Shown: one piece after another, positions 1 through 9,305 of the stretch
How the letters are laid out: each line of letters starts with the position of its first letter
Numbering within the stretch: position 1 is the stretch's first letter
Assembly: GCA_964467735.1 (NCBI GenBank)
Contig: CAYXSR010000001.1
Location: 23,244 to 87,243, forward strand
Length of the DNA: 64,000 nucleotides
Reading direction: 5' to 3'
From: an uncultured Pseudomonadales bacterium
GTDB taxonomy: Bacteria > Patescibacteriota > Microgenomatia > UBA1400 > CAYXSR01
Translations under genes and position numbers: made by a program
Notes under the pieces: generated by a model
The model's database searches: none
What the model was told of the DNA's origin: nothing
Seen by the model: the letters and a program-made list of their open reading frames with translations, nothing else

Positions 1-416
1 AATTGAGTATTTTTGGCAGGACTATGGGTAAATAAAATTAAATTTTTTTTGTTTTTAAAATCATTCAAAAAACTGCTCATTTGTTCTTCAGTTATTTCTC
101 CTGGGGTATTAAAAGGAGTAACTGTACTATGACCAACAGCGGCAAATTGATATTTTCCTACTTTAAGAATTTTCCTATGAAAAAAAACAAAACCATGTTT
201 TTGACAAAGTTCTTTTGTCTGCTTTGTTGTCTCGTGATTACCTGGTAGAAGTAAGAGTTTCTCTTTAAGAAAAGAAAGTTTATCTCCGCCTTCTTGCAAT
301 CCATTACCAAGATTAGAAAGATCACCAAGACAAATATACAGATCAGCTTTTTTATTAATAATATTTTTTAAAGCTTGCCAATCCTTATGAATATCAGAAA
401 AAATAACCAACTTCAT
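1..416 (-). CDS. metallophosphoesterase (calcineurin-like, YfcE/MJ0936-type); C-terminus cut by window edge
   Basis: Own translation of the reverse strand from ATG at 414-416: MKLVIFSDIHKDWQALKNIINKKADLYICLGDLSNLGNGL...LPGNHE...GH. Carries the phosphoesterase motifs DIH, GD, GNHE, GH. Not in the ORF track because it runs off the window. Confidence 0.6.
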   Translation of the reverse strand, partial: MKLVIFSDIHKDWQALKNIINKKADLYICLGDLSNLGNGLQEGGDKLSFLKEKLLLLPGNHETTKQTKELCQKHGFVFFHRKILKVGKYQFAAVGHSTVTPFNTPGEITEEQMSSFLNDFKNKKNLILFTHSPAKNTQ

Positions 417-446
417 TTTTTTATTATATCATTGAAGGTTTAATCA

Positions 447-1997
447 CTAAAAAAACTCATCTAATTGTTCATCTTTAAGTCGATATTGTAAAGCTTCTGC
501 TAAATGAACTGTCTTTATTTGTTCCTCATCAGCTAAATCAGCAATTGTCCGGGCAACTTTTATTACTCGAAAATAGGATCGAGCAGAAAGATTCATTTTT
601 ACAGCCGCTTGTTGCATTAACTGGAGACAAAAAACATCTAAAGAACAGACTTCTTTTACTTGTTTTGTATTCATTTCACTGTTGCACACTAGTTTTAACT
701 TTAATTTCCTAAATCTTTCTAATTGTTTGTCTCTTGCTTGTTGAACCCTCTTTTGAATTTGTCGACTATTTTCTCTTTTTGTTTTATTGATTTTTGTCAA
801 CTTCTCTATTTCAACTTCAGGAACATGAATGTGGACATCAATTCTATCCATTATTGGTCCAGAAATTCTTTTCCGATAACGAGCAACCTGACCAGCAAGA
901 CAAGTACAATGTTTTTTGGCTGATCCTAAATAACCACAAGGACAAGGATTAGAAGCTGCAACTAATAAAAATTTTGAGGGAAAAATAACACTTCCTGCTG
1001 CTCGAGAAATTTGAACAAAACCATCTTCTAAAGGCTGTCTTAAAGCTTCCAATACATTTCTTGGAAATTCAGGGAATTCATCCAAAAATAAAACTCCCCT
1101 ATGGGAAAGACTTATTTCACCAGGATTAAGCTTACTTCCTCCACCAATTAAACCAATTCTAGAAATTGTGTGATGAGGAGCCCGAAAGGGACGATTTGTA
1201 ATAATTGCTTTATCATCGGGCAAATTACCAGTAATTGAATATATTTTTGTTGCTTCCAAGGCTTCTTCTTCTGTTAATTCTGGAAGAATAGATGGTAATG
1301 TCCGAGCTAACATTGTTTTTCCTGCTCCTGGTGGACCAATCATTAAAATATTATGACCACCAGCGGCAGCTATCTCTAAAACTCTTTTTGCTTGTTCCTG
1401 GCCAACAATTTCTACCATATCAAACTCGAAATCTTCTTTTTGTTTTAAATCTTTAAAAGAAAGGTTCTTCTGAGTTTCGATTTTCTTGGTTTCGTTTAAA
1501 TGGTGGAAAAGATCGCGCAAAGAAATAACTGGATAAATCTCTAAATCATTAATGACTGCCGCTTCTTTTGCATTAATGGCCGGTAAGAATAATTTTTTTA
1601 GTTTCTTTTTTCTCGCTAAAAGAGCCATTGGTAAAACACTGTTTGTATGTCGCAAAGAGCCATCTAAAGACAATTCACCTACCATTAATGAGTCTTTAAG
1701 ATCACTTGGAATTTGTCCCGAAGCTGAAAGGATTGCTAAGGCGATTGGTAGATCATAAGCCGGACCTTCCTTTGGTAAATCTGCCGGAGTGAGATTGATA
1801 GTAATTTTATGACGAGGAAATTCAAAACCAGAATTTTTAATGGCCGCTCTCACTCTTTCTTTTGCCTCCTCAACTGCTTTACCCGGCAAACCTACAATCG
1901 TAAAAGACGGGAGTGACCGAGAACTTATATCAACTTCTACCTCGACAATAACTGGTTCTAAACCAACACAAGCACCAGAAAAAACCTTTGCTAACAT
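447..1997 (-). CDS. comM: Mg-chelatase-like AAA+ ATPase, YifB/ComM family
   Basis: 518-aa ORF. N-terminal region matches ComM, Walker A is GPPGAGKT, the C-terminal Mg-chelatase subunit ChlI-like region is present. Start probably the Met in MLAKVF. Confidence 0.85.
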   Translation of the reverse strand: MLAKVFSGACVGLEPVIVEVEVDISSRSLPSFTIVGLPGKAVEEAKERVRAAIKNSGFEFPRHKITINLTPADLPKEGPAYDLPIALAILSASGQIPSDLKDSLMVGELSLDGSLRHTNSVLPMALLARKKKLKKLFLPAINAKEAAVINDLEIYPVISLRDLFHHLNETKKIETQKNLSFKDLKQKEDFEFDMVEIVGQEQAKRVLEIAAAGGHNILMIGPPGAGKTMLARTLPSILPELTEEEALEATKIYSITGNLPDDKAIITNRPFRAPHHTISRIGLIGGGSKLNPGEISLSHRGVLFLDEFPEFPRNVLEALRQPLEDGFVQISRAAGSVIFPSKFLLVAASNPCPCGYLGSAKKHCTCLAGQVARYRKRISGPIMDRIDVHIHVPEVEIEKLTKINKTKRENSRQIQKRVQQARDKQLERFRKLKLKLVCNSEMNTKQVKEVCSLDVFCLQLMQQAAVKMNLSARSYFRVIKVARTIADLADEEQIKTVHLAEALQYRLKDEQLDEFF

Positions 1998-2041
1998 CAA
2001 CAATATTATTTATAAATCTTAATTAAAAGTAAATAGGCCTA

Positions 2042-2070
2042 TTGACAAGAAATTACTTCCTTGTTAAAAT
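2042..2070 (+). promoter_or_regulatory. sigma70-like promoter TTGACA-N17-TAAAAT upstream of the Rrf2-iscS-iscU operon
   Basis: TTGACA at 2042-2047, 17-nt spacer, TAAAAT at 2065-2070, about 30 nt upstream of the ATG at 2100. Confidence 0.5.
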
Positions 2071-2099
2071 AATTCATACTATTTTACTAGGATTTAAAA

Positions 2100-2498
2100 A
2101 TGAAATTTTCAACCAAAGCAACTTATGGATTACGAGCAATTGTTAATCTTGCTCAAAACCCTAAAAATGAACCAAAATCACTTTCAATTATCGCCAAAGA
2201 GGAAAATATTTCTTTACGTTACTTAGAACAATTATTTCGAGTCTTAAGAATAAACGGCTTTGTAAAATCGGTCCGTGGTAACTCTGGCGGTTATTATTTA
2301 ACAAAAAGCCCTCAAAAAATCTCGATAGGAAATATTATTGAGTCTTTAGAAGGACCAATAATTGAAATTGCTTGTACAGCTAAAAAAAGAAATTGTCAAA
2401 CTTGTAAATCTAAATTTGTCTGGCAATCAATAAATAAATATCTAAAAGAGGCTTTAGGTTCTTTAACCTTAAAAGATTTAATTGAAAAAAATGACTAA
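2100..2498 (+). CDS. Rrf2-family transcriptional regulator (IscR-like) with 3 Cys
   Basis: Winged-helix N-terminus MKFSTKATYGLRAIVNLA typical of Rrf2. Cys cluster C-x8-C-x2-C. Precedes and overlaps iscS. Confidence 0.8.
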   Translation: MKFSTKATYGLRAIVNLAQNPKNEPKSLSIIAKEENISLRYLEQLFRVLRINGFVKSVRGNSGGYYLTKSPQKISIGNIIESLEGPIIEIACTAKKRNCQTCKSKFVWQSINKYLKEALGSLTLKDLIEKND

Positions 2499-3669
2499 AA
2501 TTTACCTTGATTATGCTGCAACTACCCCGCTAGATCCGGCAGTTTTAGAAACGATGATTCCTTTTTTAAAAGATTATTTTGGTAATCCTTCTTCTCTCCA
2601 TTCTTGGGGACAAAAAGCTCGTCAAGCTGTTGAAAATAGTCGTCAACAAGTAGCTGATGTTTTAAGCTGTCACAAGGAAGAAATTATTTTTACTAGTTGT
2701 GCTACAGAAGCTAATAATCTAGCTCTAAAGGGATTAATTGAAGCAACAAAAGGTAAACACATTATTATTTCACCAACTGAACATCATTGCGTCTTGGATA
2801 CTACCAAACATCTTCAAAAAAATGGTGTCAAAGTAACCTGGTTAAAAACTGATAAATATGGTCTTGTCAATTTAAATAACCTGAAAGAATCTATTCGTAA
2901 AGAAACTGTTCTAATTTCTATTATGTATGTCAATAATGAAGTAGGAACAATTCAATCAATTTCTGAAATTGGCAAACTTATCAAAGCAATTAACAGATCT
3001 AGAAAAATAAAAAGATTGCCCAAAATTTATTTCCATACTGATGCTGTTCAAGCTATTCAATATTTAAATTGTAACGTAAATTATCTAGGAGTCGACTTTT
3101 TATCTCTTTCTGCTCATAAGTTTTATGGTCCAAAAGGAGTTGGAGCTTTATTTGTCCGAAAGAATACCCCTTTGGTTCGTCAACAAGATGGTGGTGAGCA
3201 AGAATTCAATTTAAGGGCAGGTACAGAAAATGTTGCTGGGATTGTCGGTTTGGGACGAGCTATTAAAAAAGCTAATAATCATAAACAAATGATAAGTCAA
3301 AAAATAAATAAATTGTCAAAATATCTTATTAAAAAAGTTTTGTCTTCTGTTAAGGATGTTCAGTTAACTGGTCATCCGATTAAAAGAGCTCCTCATATCG
3401 CCAGCTTTATAATTAAAGGTGTAGAAGGAGAATCTTTATTACTAATGTTGAATGAAAAAGGAATTGGCGCTTCTTCTGGTTCAGCTTGTACTTCAGGTAA
3501 TTTAGAACCATCTCATGTCCTAACTTCTATGGGAATTCCACCAATTGACTCTCATGGTTCTTTAAGATTATCTTTGGGAAAAAATATTACTAAAAAAGAT
3601 ATTGATTATCTTATAAAAGTTTTACCAAACATCGTCAATCACTTAAGACAGATGTCGCCTTTATCATGA
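2482..3669 (+). CDS. iscS: cysteine desulfurase (IscS/NifS, class V aminotransferase)
   Basis: IYLDYAATTP N-terminus. PLP-lysine region SLSAHKFYGPKGVGALFV. Active-site Cys loop SSGSACTSG. Confidence 0.9.
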   Translation: MKKMTKIYLDYAATTPLDPAVLETMIPFLKDYFGNPSSLHSWGQKARQAVENSRQQVADVLSCHKEEIIFTSCATEANNLALKGLIEATKGKHIIISPTEHHCVLDTTKHLQKNGVKVTWLKTDKYGLVNLNNLKESIRKETVLISIMYVNNEVGTIQSISEIGKLIKAINRSRKIKRLPKIYFHTDAVQAIQYLNCNVNYLGVDFLSLSAHKFYGPKGVGALFVRKNTPLVRQQDGGEQEFNLRAGTENVAGIVGLGRAIKKANNHKQMISQKINKLSKYLIKKVLSSVKDVQLTGHPIKRAPHIASFIIKGVEGESLLLMLNEKGIGASSGSACTSGNLEPSHVLTSMGIPPIDSHGSLRLSLGKNITKKDIDYLIKVLPNIVNHLRQMSPLS

Positions 3670-4091
3670 CCGTAAATACCTTTTATTCCAAAAAAGTTCT
3701 TGATCATTTTAAAAATCCTCGTAATTTTGGAAAAATAGATAATCCCGATGGAATAGCAACTGTTGGGAATCCAGTTTGTGGAGATATTATGAAGATTTAT
3801 ATTAAGGTCGGTAAAAAGAACAATAAAGAATATATAAAAGAAATACGATTTCAAACATTGGGCTGTGGGGCAGCAATTGCTACTTCCTCGATTGCTACAG
3901 AATTAGTAAAAGGAAAAAGTCTTGATTTAGCAAGAAAAATTAGCAATAAACAAATTATTACTGGTCTTGACAGGTTGCCTCCAGCAAAAATCCATTGTTC
4001 CCTTTTAGCCGCTAGAGCCATCAAAAAAGCGATTGATAACTATGAAGAAAAATTGAAGAAAAGACTTACTAATCCCAAAAAGAAACAATAA
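3666..4091 (+). CDS. iscU: Fe-S cluster assembly scaffold IscU/NifU
   Basis: NPRNFG, GNPVCGD, LPPAKIHCSLLA motifs with the three conserved Cys. Confidence 0.9.
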   Translation: MTVNTFYSKKVLDHFKNPRNFGKIDNPDGIATVGNPVCGDIMKIYIKVGKKNNKEYIKEIRFQTLGCGAAIATSSIATELVKGKSLDLARKISNKQIITGLDRLPPAKIHCSLLAARAIKKAIDNYEEKLKKRLTNPKKKQ

Positions 4092-4831
4092 AAAGCAAAA
4101 TATAATATCTTTCCCTTCAGAAAAACTTTCCTGAAAATTTTCAATGATAAAAGTCCACAAAAAAAGGCGGCTATTAAGCCTACTAAGCCGTTTGGAAGAT
4201 CACATTCTAAATTGGTTAAGTTTCTTGTCTGTAAAATTAAAGCTCCTAAGATTGCTGGGATTGCTAAATAAAAAGAAAAATTAAAAGCCTCTCTTCTTTT
4301 TAATCCTGTAAAAATACCAGCACTTACTGTTGAACCAGAACGAGAAAGTCCTGGAAAAATTGCCAAAGCTTGAAAAAAACCAATCCATAAAGCCTTAAAA
4401 TCAGTTAGTGATTTTGGCTTCTTGGTTTTTTTAATTGAACTTAAAGTAAGTAAAATTGAAGTAATTATTAGACCTATGCCAACAATAAAAAAAGAGTTAA
4501 AAATTGTCTTTGTAAAACTGTTAAGAAAAAGCCCTAGAATCATAGCTGGAAAAGTTCCAATAACTACAAACCAGATAACAGAGGGGGCTTTTTCTATTTT
4601 TCCAGAGGAGAAGGCTCTCATTGTTTTAGTTAAAATCTCCCGTAATTCCTTTTTGAAAAAAATAATAATCGCTAGAAGAGTCCCAAAATGTACTAGGATA
4701 TCAAAAAAAACCGGCGGTTCTTCAAATCGTAAAATTTTTTGAAAAACTACTAAATGACCTGATGAGGAAACTGGCAGAAATTCTGTCAGTCCCTGAATAA
4801 GACCCAACAATAAAGCCTCATGAAAATTCAT
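4040..4831 (-). CDS. uppP: undecaprenyl-diphosphatase UppP/BacA
   Basis: N-terminus LGLIQGLTEFLPVSSSGHL and the SRSGST motif. Polytopic membrane protein. Confidence 0.85.
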   Translation of the reverse strand: MNFHEALLLGLIQGLTEFLPVSSSGHLVVFQKILRFEEPPVFFDILVHFGTLLAIIIFFKKELREILTKTMRAFSSGKIEKAPSVIWFVVIGTFPAMILGLFLNSFTKTIFNSFFIVGIGLIITSILLTLSSIKKTKKPKSLTDFKALWIGFFQALAIFPGLSRSGSTVSAGIFTGLKRREAFNFSFYLAIPAILGALILQTRNLTNLECDLPNGLVGLIAAFFCGLLSLKIFRKVFLKGKILYFAFYCFFLGLVSLFFNFSS

Positions 4832-4858
4832 GTTTTTTTGTTTTAATCTAAAAAAACT

Positions 4859-5551
4859 TTATTTTTTCTTAAAAGTTTTATACCAGTCTTCTAATATTCT
4901 CCCTACCAAATCTTTAGCTCCTAACCCAACCGCTAATCCAAAGCCCAAAGACACAGACGCAATCACTCCCATAAATAAAATATTAATAAAGCTTTGGGCA
5001 ATACCTAATTCATTAATTGCCGCCAGACTCGAGAAAATTACGACTAAATAACTGGCCACTTTTCCTAAAAGGAGTGATACCTTTAAATCAACTTGAACTA
5101 GTGCTCCTTTCACAAAACTCTCTACAAATCCAGCCACTAAAACTCCTAAAGCTAATATCAAAACAGCAGAAATTACCCTCGGAATATAGCCAAGAATGTT
5201 ATTTAATACTAAAGATACTGTAGTTAGACCTAAAATATTAACAGCTGTAACAAAGAAAACCAAAACAACTAACCATCTTATAATTCCTCCAATAATTTCT
5301 TCTAATTTAATTTTTATGTCTGCTTTTTGTAAGAATGGACTAAAGCCGATTTTCTGAAATAGATTAGAAAGTTTGATTAATCTTAGGAATCTAACAACTA
5401 AAGAACTTATCCATTTCGATAAAATAATTCCTAGTAAGAAAACAAGAAGAGCTCCTAAAATTGTCGGTATATAAGAAACAATATTAGTTAAAATTGTAGC
5501 AAGAGCTACAAAAAAACTTTCTTGCCAACTAGATACTACTAGATTATTCAT
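4859..5551 (-). CDS. integral membrane protein of unknown function (TM-helix repeat, MscS-associated-like)
   Basis: 230 aa with 5-6 predicted TM segments. No catalytic motif recognised. Confidence 0.4.
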   Translation of the reverse strand: MNNLVVSSWQESFFVALATILTNIVSYIPTILGALLVFLLGIILSKWISSLVVRFLRLIKLSNLFQKIGFSPFLQKADIKIKLEEIIGGIIRWLVVLVFFVTAVNILGLTTVSLVLNNILGYIPRVISAVLILALGVLVAGFVESFVKGALVQVDLKVSLLLGKVASYLVVIFSSLAAINELGIAQSFINILFMGVIASVSLGFGLAVGLGAKDLVGRILEDWYKTFKKK

Positions 5552-5632
5552 ATTTTTTCACCTCCTTTCAAGATAGCTTCATTTCTTCATGTTTTTTTCA
5601 TTTTAACATAATAATTAATTAAGCTAAATACA

Positions 5633-5661
5633 TTGAAAAAACTCATCTTTTATGTTAAAAT
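5633..5661 (+). promoter_or_regulatory. sigma70-like promoter TTGAAA-N17-TAAAAT driving rnpB
   Basis: TTGAAA at 5633-5638, 17-nt spacer, TAAAAT at 5656-5661. Predicted TSS ~5668-5671 coincides with the RNase P RNA 5' end. Confidence 0.55.
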
Positions 5662-5670
5662 CTACACCGC

Positions 5671-5947
5671 CTAGGAAGCTGAAATGGTGGGGTATTCATC
5701 TGAATACTCAGGAAAGTCCAGACAGCAGGAGACAGGGTGTCTGTCGCAAGACAGAACGTGAAAGCGCTGGTACAAGCCACAGAGACAACGACTCCCCTTA
5801 GCAATAAGGTAGAGGGTGAAAAGAGGTAATTCCCCCCGCTGCAACCTCCGAATGGTCCGTTATGAGCATGTTTCCGCCAGGACTGAAGTTAGAGGGCATA
5901 GAGAAATACCATTTTAAAACAGAATCTGGCTTATTAACTTCCTAGGT
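5671..5947 (+). ncRNA. rnpB: RNase P RNA (bacterial type, rnpB)
   Basis: ORF-free stretch that is GC-rich against the AT-rich background. Contains universal RNase P elements: GGAAAGTCCAGAC (P4 5' strand), AGGGTGAAA-like GGTAGAGGGTGAAAAG, and ACAGAATCTGGCTTAT (P4 3' strand, ACAGAAcCcGGCTTAt in E. coli). Termini cctaggaagct and aacttcctagg pair as the P1 helix. Confidence 0.85.
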
Positions 5948-6956
5948 TTTTCTTGAAGTCAGAGAAGCGAAAATTGGAAAGGTAAAATTCCTCAAAAATA
6001 ATTTTAAAGGTCAGTAATGCGGGAATCGCTAAAACTGCACCACCAACACTTCCTAATTTAAAACCAATCATCAAGGTAATAATTGTTATTAACGGATGTA
6101 AACCGATTGCTTTTTGCATTACTTTTGGAACAATAAAATTATTTTCTAACTGCTGGATTAAAAAATATAAAGCAATTACGGCAAATCCCATTGTTGGAGA
6201 ATAAGAAAAACCTACTAAAGCAGCCGGCACTGCAGAAACTGTCGGCCCAATATTAGGAATTAATTCAAGGATACCGGCAATAATTGCCAAAGGTAAAGCA
6301 AAATTAATAGACAACAATCTTAGACCAATGTAAGACATTAAACCAATTATAAACATCAAAAATATTTCTCCTCTAACCCATCCACCAAGTTTTCTTTCAA
6401 ACTTTTCTATCAACTCCTCTATATCTCTATCCTCTTTATTAGAAAATAAAATTTTTAAATACTTTTTAAGGTTTTTTCTTTCCATTAAAAAATAATAATT
6501 AATAACTGCAAAAGCAAAAATTTTAACAATATTAGAAAAAGTAGAAACAATTATTTTTATAATATTTCCTGGTAACTTAGCTAATTCACTACTATAATCT
6601 TTCCATTGAAAATCTATTGTTTGAAACAAGCCATTCTTGGCAAAACCATTGATAAATTCAGGAAAATATTTTAAAAGAGCACTTATTTGAGACACAACGG
6701 CCGGAATAAGAGATATTAAAGAACCAATAAGAAAACCAAATAAAATTATATAAACAATGAATATTGCTACCCCACGAGGAATTTTAAGCTTTTCCATTCG
6801 ATTAATAATTGGTGATAAAGCTGAACTAAAAATTATTGACACAAATAATAGAAGAATTATCTCTCTAATCTGAAAAAGTAACCAAAGAAAAATTAGAAAA
6901 AAAATAGTAAAGATAATAGTTTTACGGGAAATCGCTATTCTTCTAAGACGTATCAT
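5934..6956 (-). CDS. AI-2E family transporter (PerM/UPF0118-like permease)
   Basis: 340 aa, about 8 TM helices. N-terminal and central region pattern typical of PF01594 proteins. Confidence 0.65.
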   Translation of the reverse strand: MIRLRRIAISRKTIIFTIFFLIFLWLLFQIREIILLLFVSIIFSSALSPIINRMEKLKIPRGVAIFIVYIILFGFLIGSLISLIPAVVSQISALLKYFPEFINGFAKNGLFQTIDFQWKDYSSELAKLPGNIIKIIVSTFSNIVKIFAFAVINYYFLMERKNLKKYLKILFSNKEDRDIEELIEKFERKLGGWVRGEIFLMFIIGLMSYIGLRLLSINFALPLAIIAGILELIPNIGPTVSAVPAALVGFSYSPTMGFAVIALYFLIQQLENNFIVPKVMQKAIGLHPLITIITLMIGFKLGSVGGAVLAIPALLTFKIIFEEFYLSNFRFSDFKKNLGS

Positions 6957-7056
6957 TTATAGGTTAGATGAATTTTAATGTCTGATGAAAGAATATCAGA
7001 GGTTTTAATCTTCTGTCAAGACAACAATTAAGATTTTGAGTCACTGAGGATAAAAA

Positions 7057-8133
7057 TCATTTTTGATTAATAAGTTTATTTAAAATTTCCCGACGTCTTT
7101 TCTTTTCAACAAAAGGAATATTGTCTTCAAGCCTATAAGCTGCTGTTCCGGGTCTTGGAGAATATTTAGCAATATAAGCTAAACAAAATCCTATTTGCTT
7201 ACAAAGTTTAACTGTATTTTCAAACTGTTTTTTTGTCTCCCCAGGAAAACCAACAATGATATCGGTACCTATTTCAATATCGGGAATTTCTTTTTTAATT
7301 TTCTTTACTAATTTCAAATATTGTTCAGAGGTATATTTACGATTCATTTTCTTTAAAATCTCATCGTCTCCAGATTGCACTGGTAAATGTAAATAACGTT
7401 CTATCTTAGGTAACTTTAAGACCTGAATAATACCATTTGATAAATCATGAGGGTTTGAAGTAAAAAATTTAATTTTCTTAAGACCCTTAATTTCGTTTAA
7501 CAAGGACAAAAGAATAGCAAAGTTATTTTTATATCTTTTTTTCAATTCTTCAATTTTTTCCTGTAATAATTTATTTTTTACTTTTATGTCTGAATTTTTA
7601 TGATAACTATTAACATTCTGACCTAATAAAGTAATCTCTTTAATCCCTCTTTTAACAATCATTTTAACTTCACAAAGAATTTCTTCTATTGGTCGTGATT
7701 TTTCTCGGCCACGCGAAAATGGAACAACACAATAAGAACAAAGATTATTACATCCTTCCATTATTTGAACCCAAGCATGTTTTTTATTTTTCCGCTGCGG
7801 GTCTAAGCTGCTATTTATTAATCTTTTTAAAGGACTAAATTGAACGTTCTTTGGAAATTCTTTTTTTAACCATTCTTTATCATGATATAAAATACAACCA
7901 GTAATAATAATTTGTTTTTGTTTTTTAGTCTTTTGCAGATTTCTTATTGCTCCCAAAACTTTGTCTTCTGCGGCTCGTCTAACTGAACAAGTATTTATTA
8001 TCACTAAATCTGCTTTCTGCTTAGTGGAGGCTAATTGATATCCTTTTTTACGAAAATAAGCGGCGATTCGCTCTGAATCTGCCTCGTTCGCTTGACAACC
8101 AAAAGTAATAATAAAATAGTGTTTGTTTTTCAT
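7057..8133 (-). CDS. radical-SAM methylthiotransferase (MiaB/RimO/MtaB family), apparently lacking the C-terminal TRAM domain
   Basis: N-terminal MTTase domain FGCQANEADSE. Radical SAM CxxxCxxC is CNNLCSYCVVP. Only 358 aa. Confidence 0.75.
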   Translation of the reverse strand: MKNKHYFIITFGCQANEADSERIAAYFRKKGYQLASTKQKADLVIINTCSVRRAAEDKVLGAIRNLQKTKKQKQIIITGCILYHDKEWLKKEFPKNVQFSPLKRLINSSLDPQRKNKKHAWVQIMEGCNNLCSYCVVPFSRGREKSRPIEEILCEVKMIVKRGIKEITLLGQNVNSYHKNSDIKVKNKLLQEKIEELKKRYKNNFAILLSLLNEIKGLKKIKFFTSNPHDLSNGIIQVLKLPKIERYLHLPVQSGDDEILKKMNRKYTSEQYLKLVKKIKKEIPDIEIGTDIIVGFPGETKKQFENTVKLCKQIGFCLAYIAKYSPRPGTAAYRLEDNIPFVEKKRRREILNKLINQK

Positions 8134-8216
8134 AGTTCACTTATTTTAGCAAATTTAAGACAAAAATGGTTCTTTTTTTACTCAAAAATCGCTCTAAATG
8201 TTAAAATATCAATATT

Positions 8217-9305
8217 ATGAAAATAATTGAGCTCAGAAGATTAACTGCTGAAAAAATTATTGATCTGGCTGTCAAGACTTTAAAAAAGGGCGGTTTAGTT
8301 ATTTATCCCACCGAGACTTGCTATGGTATTGGTGCTGATGCCACTAACCATGCCAGTATTGATAAATTAATTAAATATAAAGGTGAAAGAAAAAATAAAC
8401 CAATTTCAGTAATCGTAGCTAATAAAAAAATGGCTCAAGAGTATGTTTTTATTAATAAAACTGCTGATAACTTATACAAAAATTTTCTTCCTGGAGCATT
8501 AACGGTTGTATCAAAAGGAAAACATAAAGTAGATTTCCGCTTAGAATCAAAAGAAGGAAATCTTGGAATTCGTATTCCCAAAAATAAGATCGTTTTGGGG
8601 ATAACCAAAAAGTTTGGAAAACCAATCACCGCTACTTCTGCCAATATTTCTAATGAAAAAACTCCTTACCAAATAAGCGACATTTTAGACTCTTTATCAC
8701 TTAAGAAAAAAAATCTTATTGATCTCATTATTGATTCTGGAAAACTTCCCAAAAATCCACCCTCTACAGTCGTGGATACAACTTTAAATGACATTAACGT
8801 TATCCGTCAGGGAACTATTAATTTCGACAAACAATCAACAAAAAGTATTATTACTAAATCTGAGATAGAAACAAGAAAATTTGCTCAAAACTTAATGACA
8901 AATTACTTCAAATATTTAAATTCTTATTGTATTATCTTTGCTCTACAAGGAGAATTAGGAAGTGGTAAAACTCAATTTTGTAAGGGGATTGGTCAATTTT
9001 TAAAGATAAAATATCCAATCACTTCTCCGACTTTTATTTTATTAAAAGAATATCAATTTAATTTTAAAAATAAGAAAAAATTTTTCTACCATATTGATAC
9101 TTGGCGAATAAAAAATGATGATGAATTAGGAGAAATTGGTTTAAAAAAAATGATTAAACCAGGCAATATTATTGCCATTGAATGGCTTCAAAAAGCAAAA
9201 ACTTTTTTAGATAATTTCAAGAAACGTAACAAAGTAAAAATTATTTGGTTAGAAATAAAATACGGTAATAAATTAAACCAAAGAAAAATTAAATATTATG
9301 AATAG
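8217..9305 (+). CDS. fusion protein: threonylcarbamoyl-AMP synthase TsaC (Sua5/YrdC domain) + t6A ATPase TsaE (YjeE)
   Basis: N-terminal half has YrdC motifs YPTETCYGIG and ATSAN. C-terminal ~140 aa has TsaE motifs GELGSGKTQF (Walker A), SPTFIL and HIDTWR. Confidence 0.8.
   Translation: MKIIELRRLTAEKIIDLAVKTLKKGGLVIYPTETCYGIGADATNHASIDKLIKYKGERKNKPISVIVANKKMAQEYVFINKTADNLYKNFLPGALTVVSKGKHKVDFRLESKEGNLGIRIPKNKIVLGITKKFGKPITATSANISNEKTPYQISDILDSLSLKKKNLIDLIIDSGKLPKNPPSTVVDTTLNDINVIRQGTINFDKQSTKSIITKSEIETRKFAQNLMTNYFKYLNSYCIIFALQGELGSGKTQFCKGIGQFLKIKYPITSPTFILLKEYQFNFKNKKKFFYHIDTWRIKNDDELGEIGLKKMIKPGNIIAIEWLQKAKTFLDNFKKRNKVKIIWLEIKYGNKLNQRKIKYYE

Noticed and set aside
5671-5947. 11-bp inverted repeat cctaggaagct / aacttcctagg flanking the GC-rich block
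   Set aside because: Considered as IS terminal inverted repeats or a terminator. It is better explained as the P1 helix closing the RNase P RNA.
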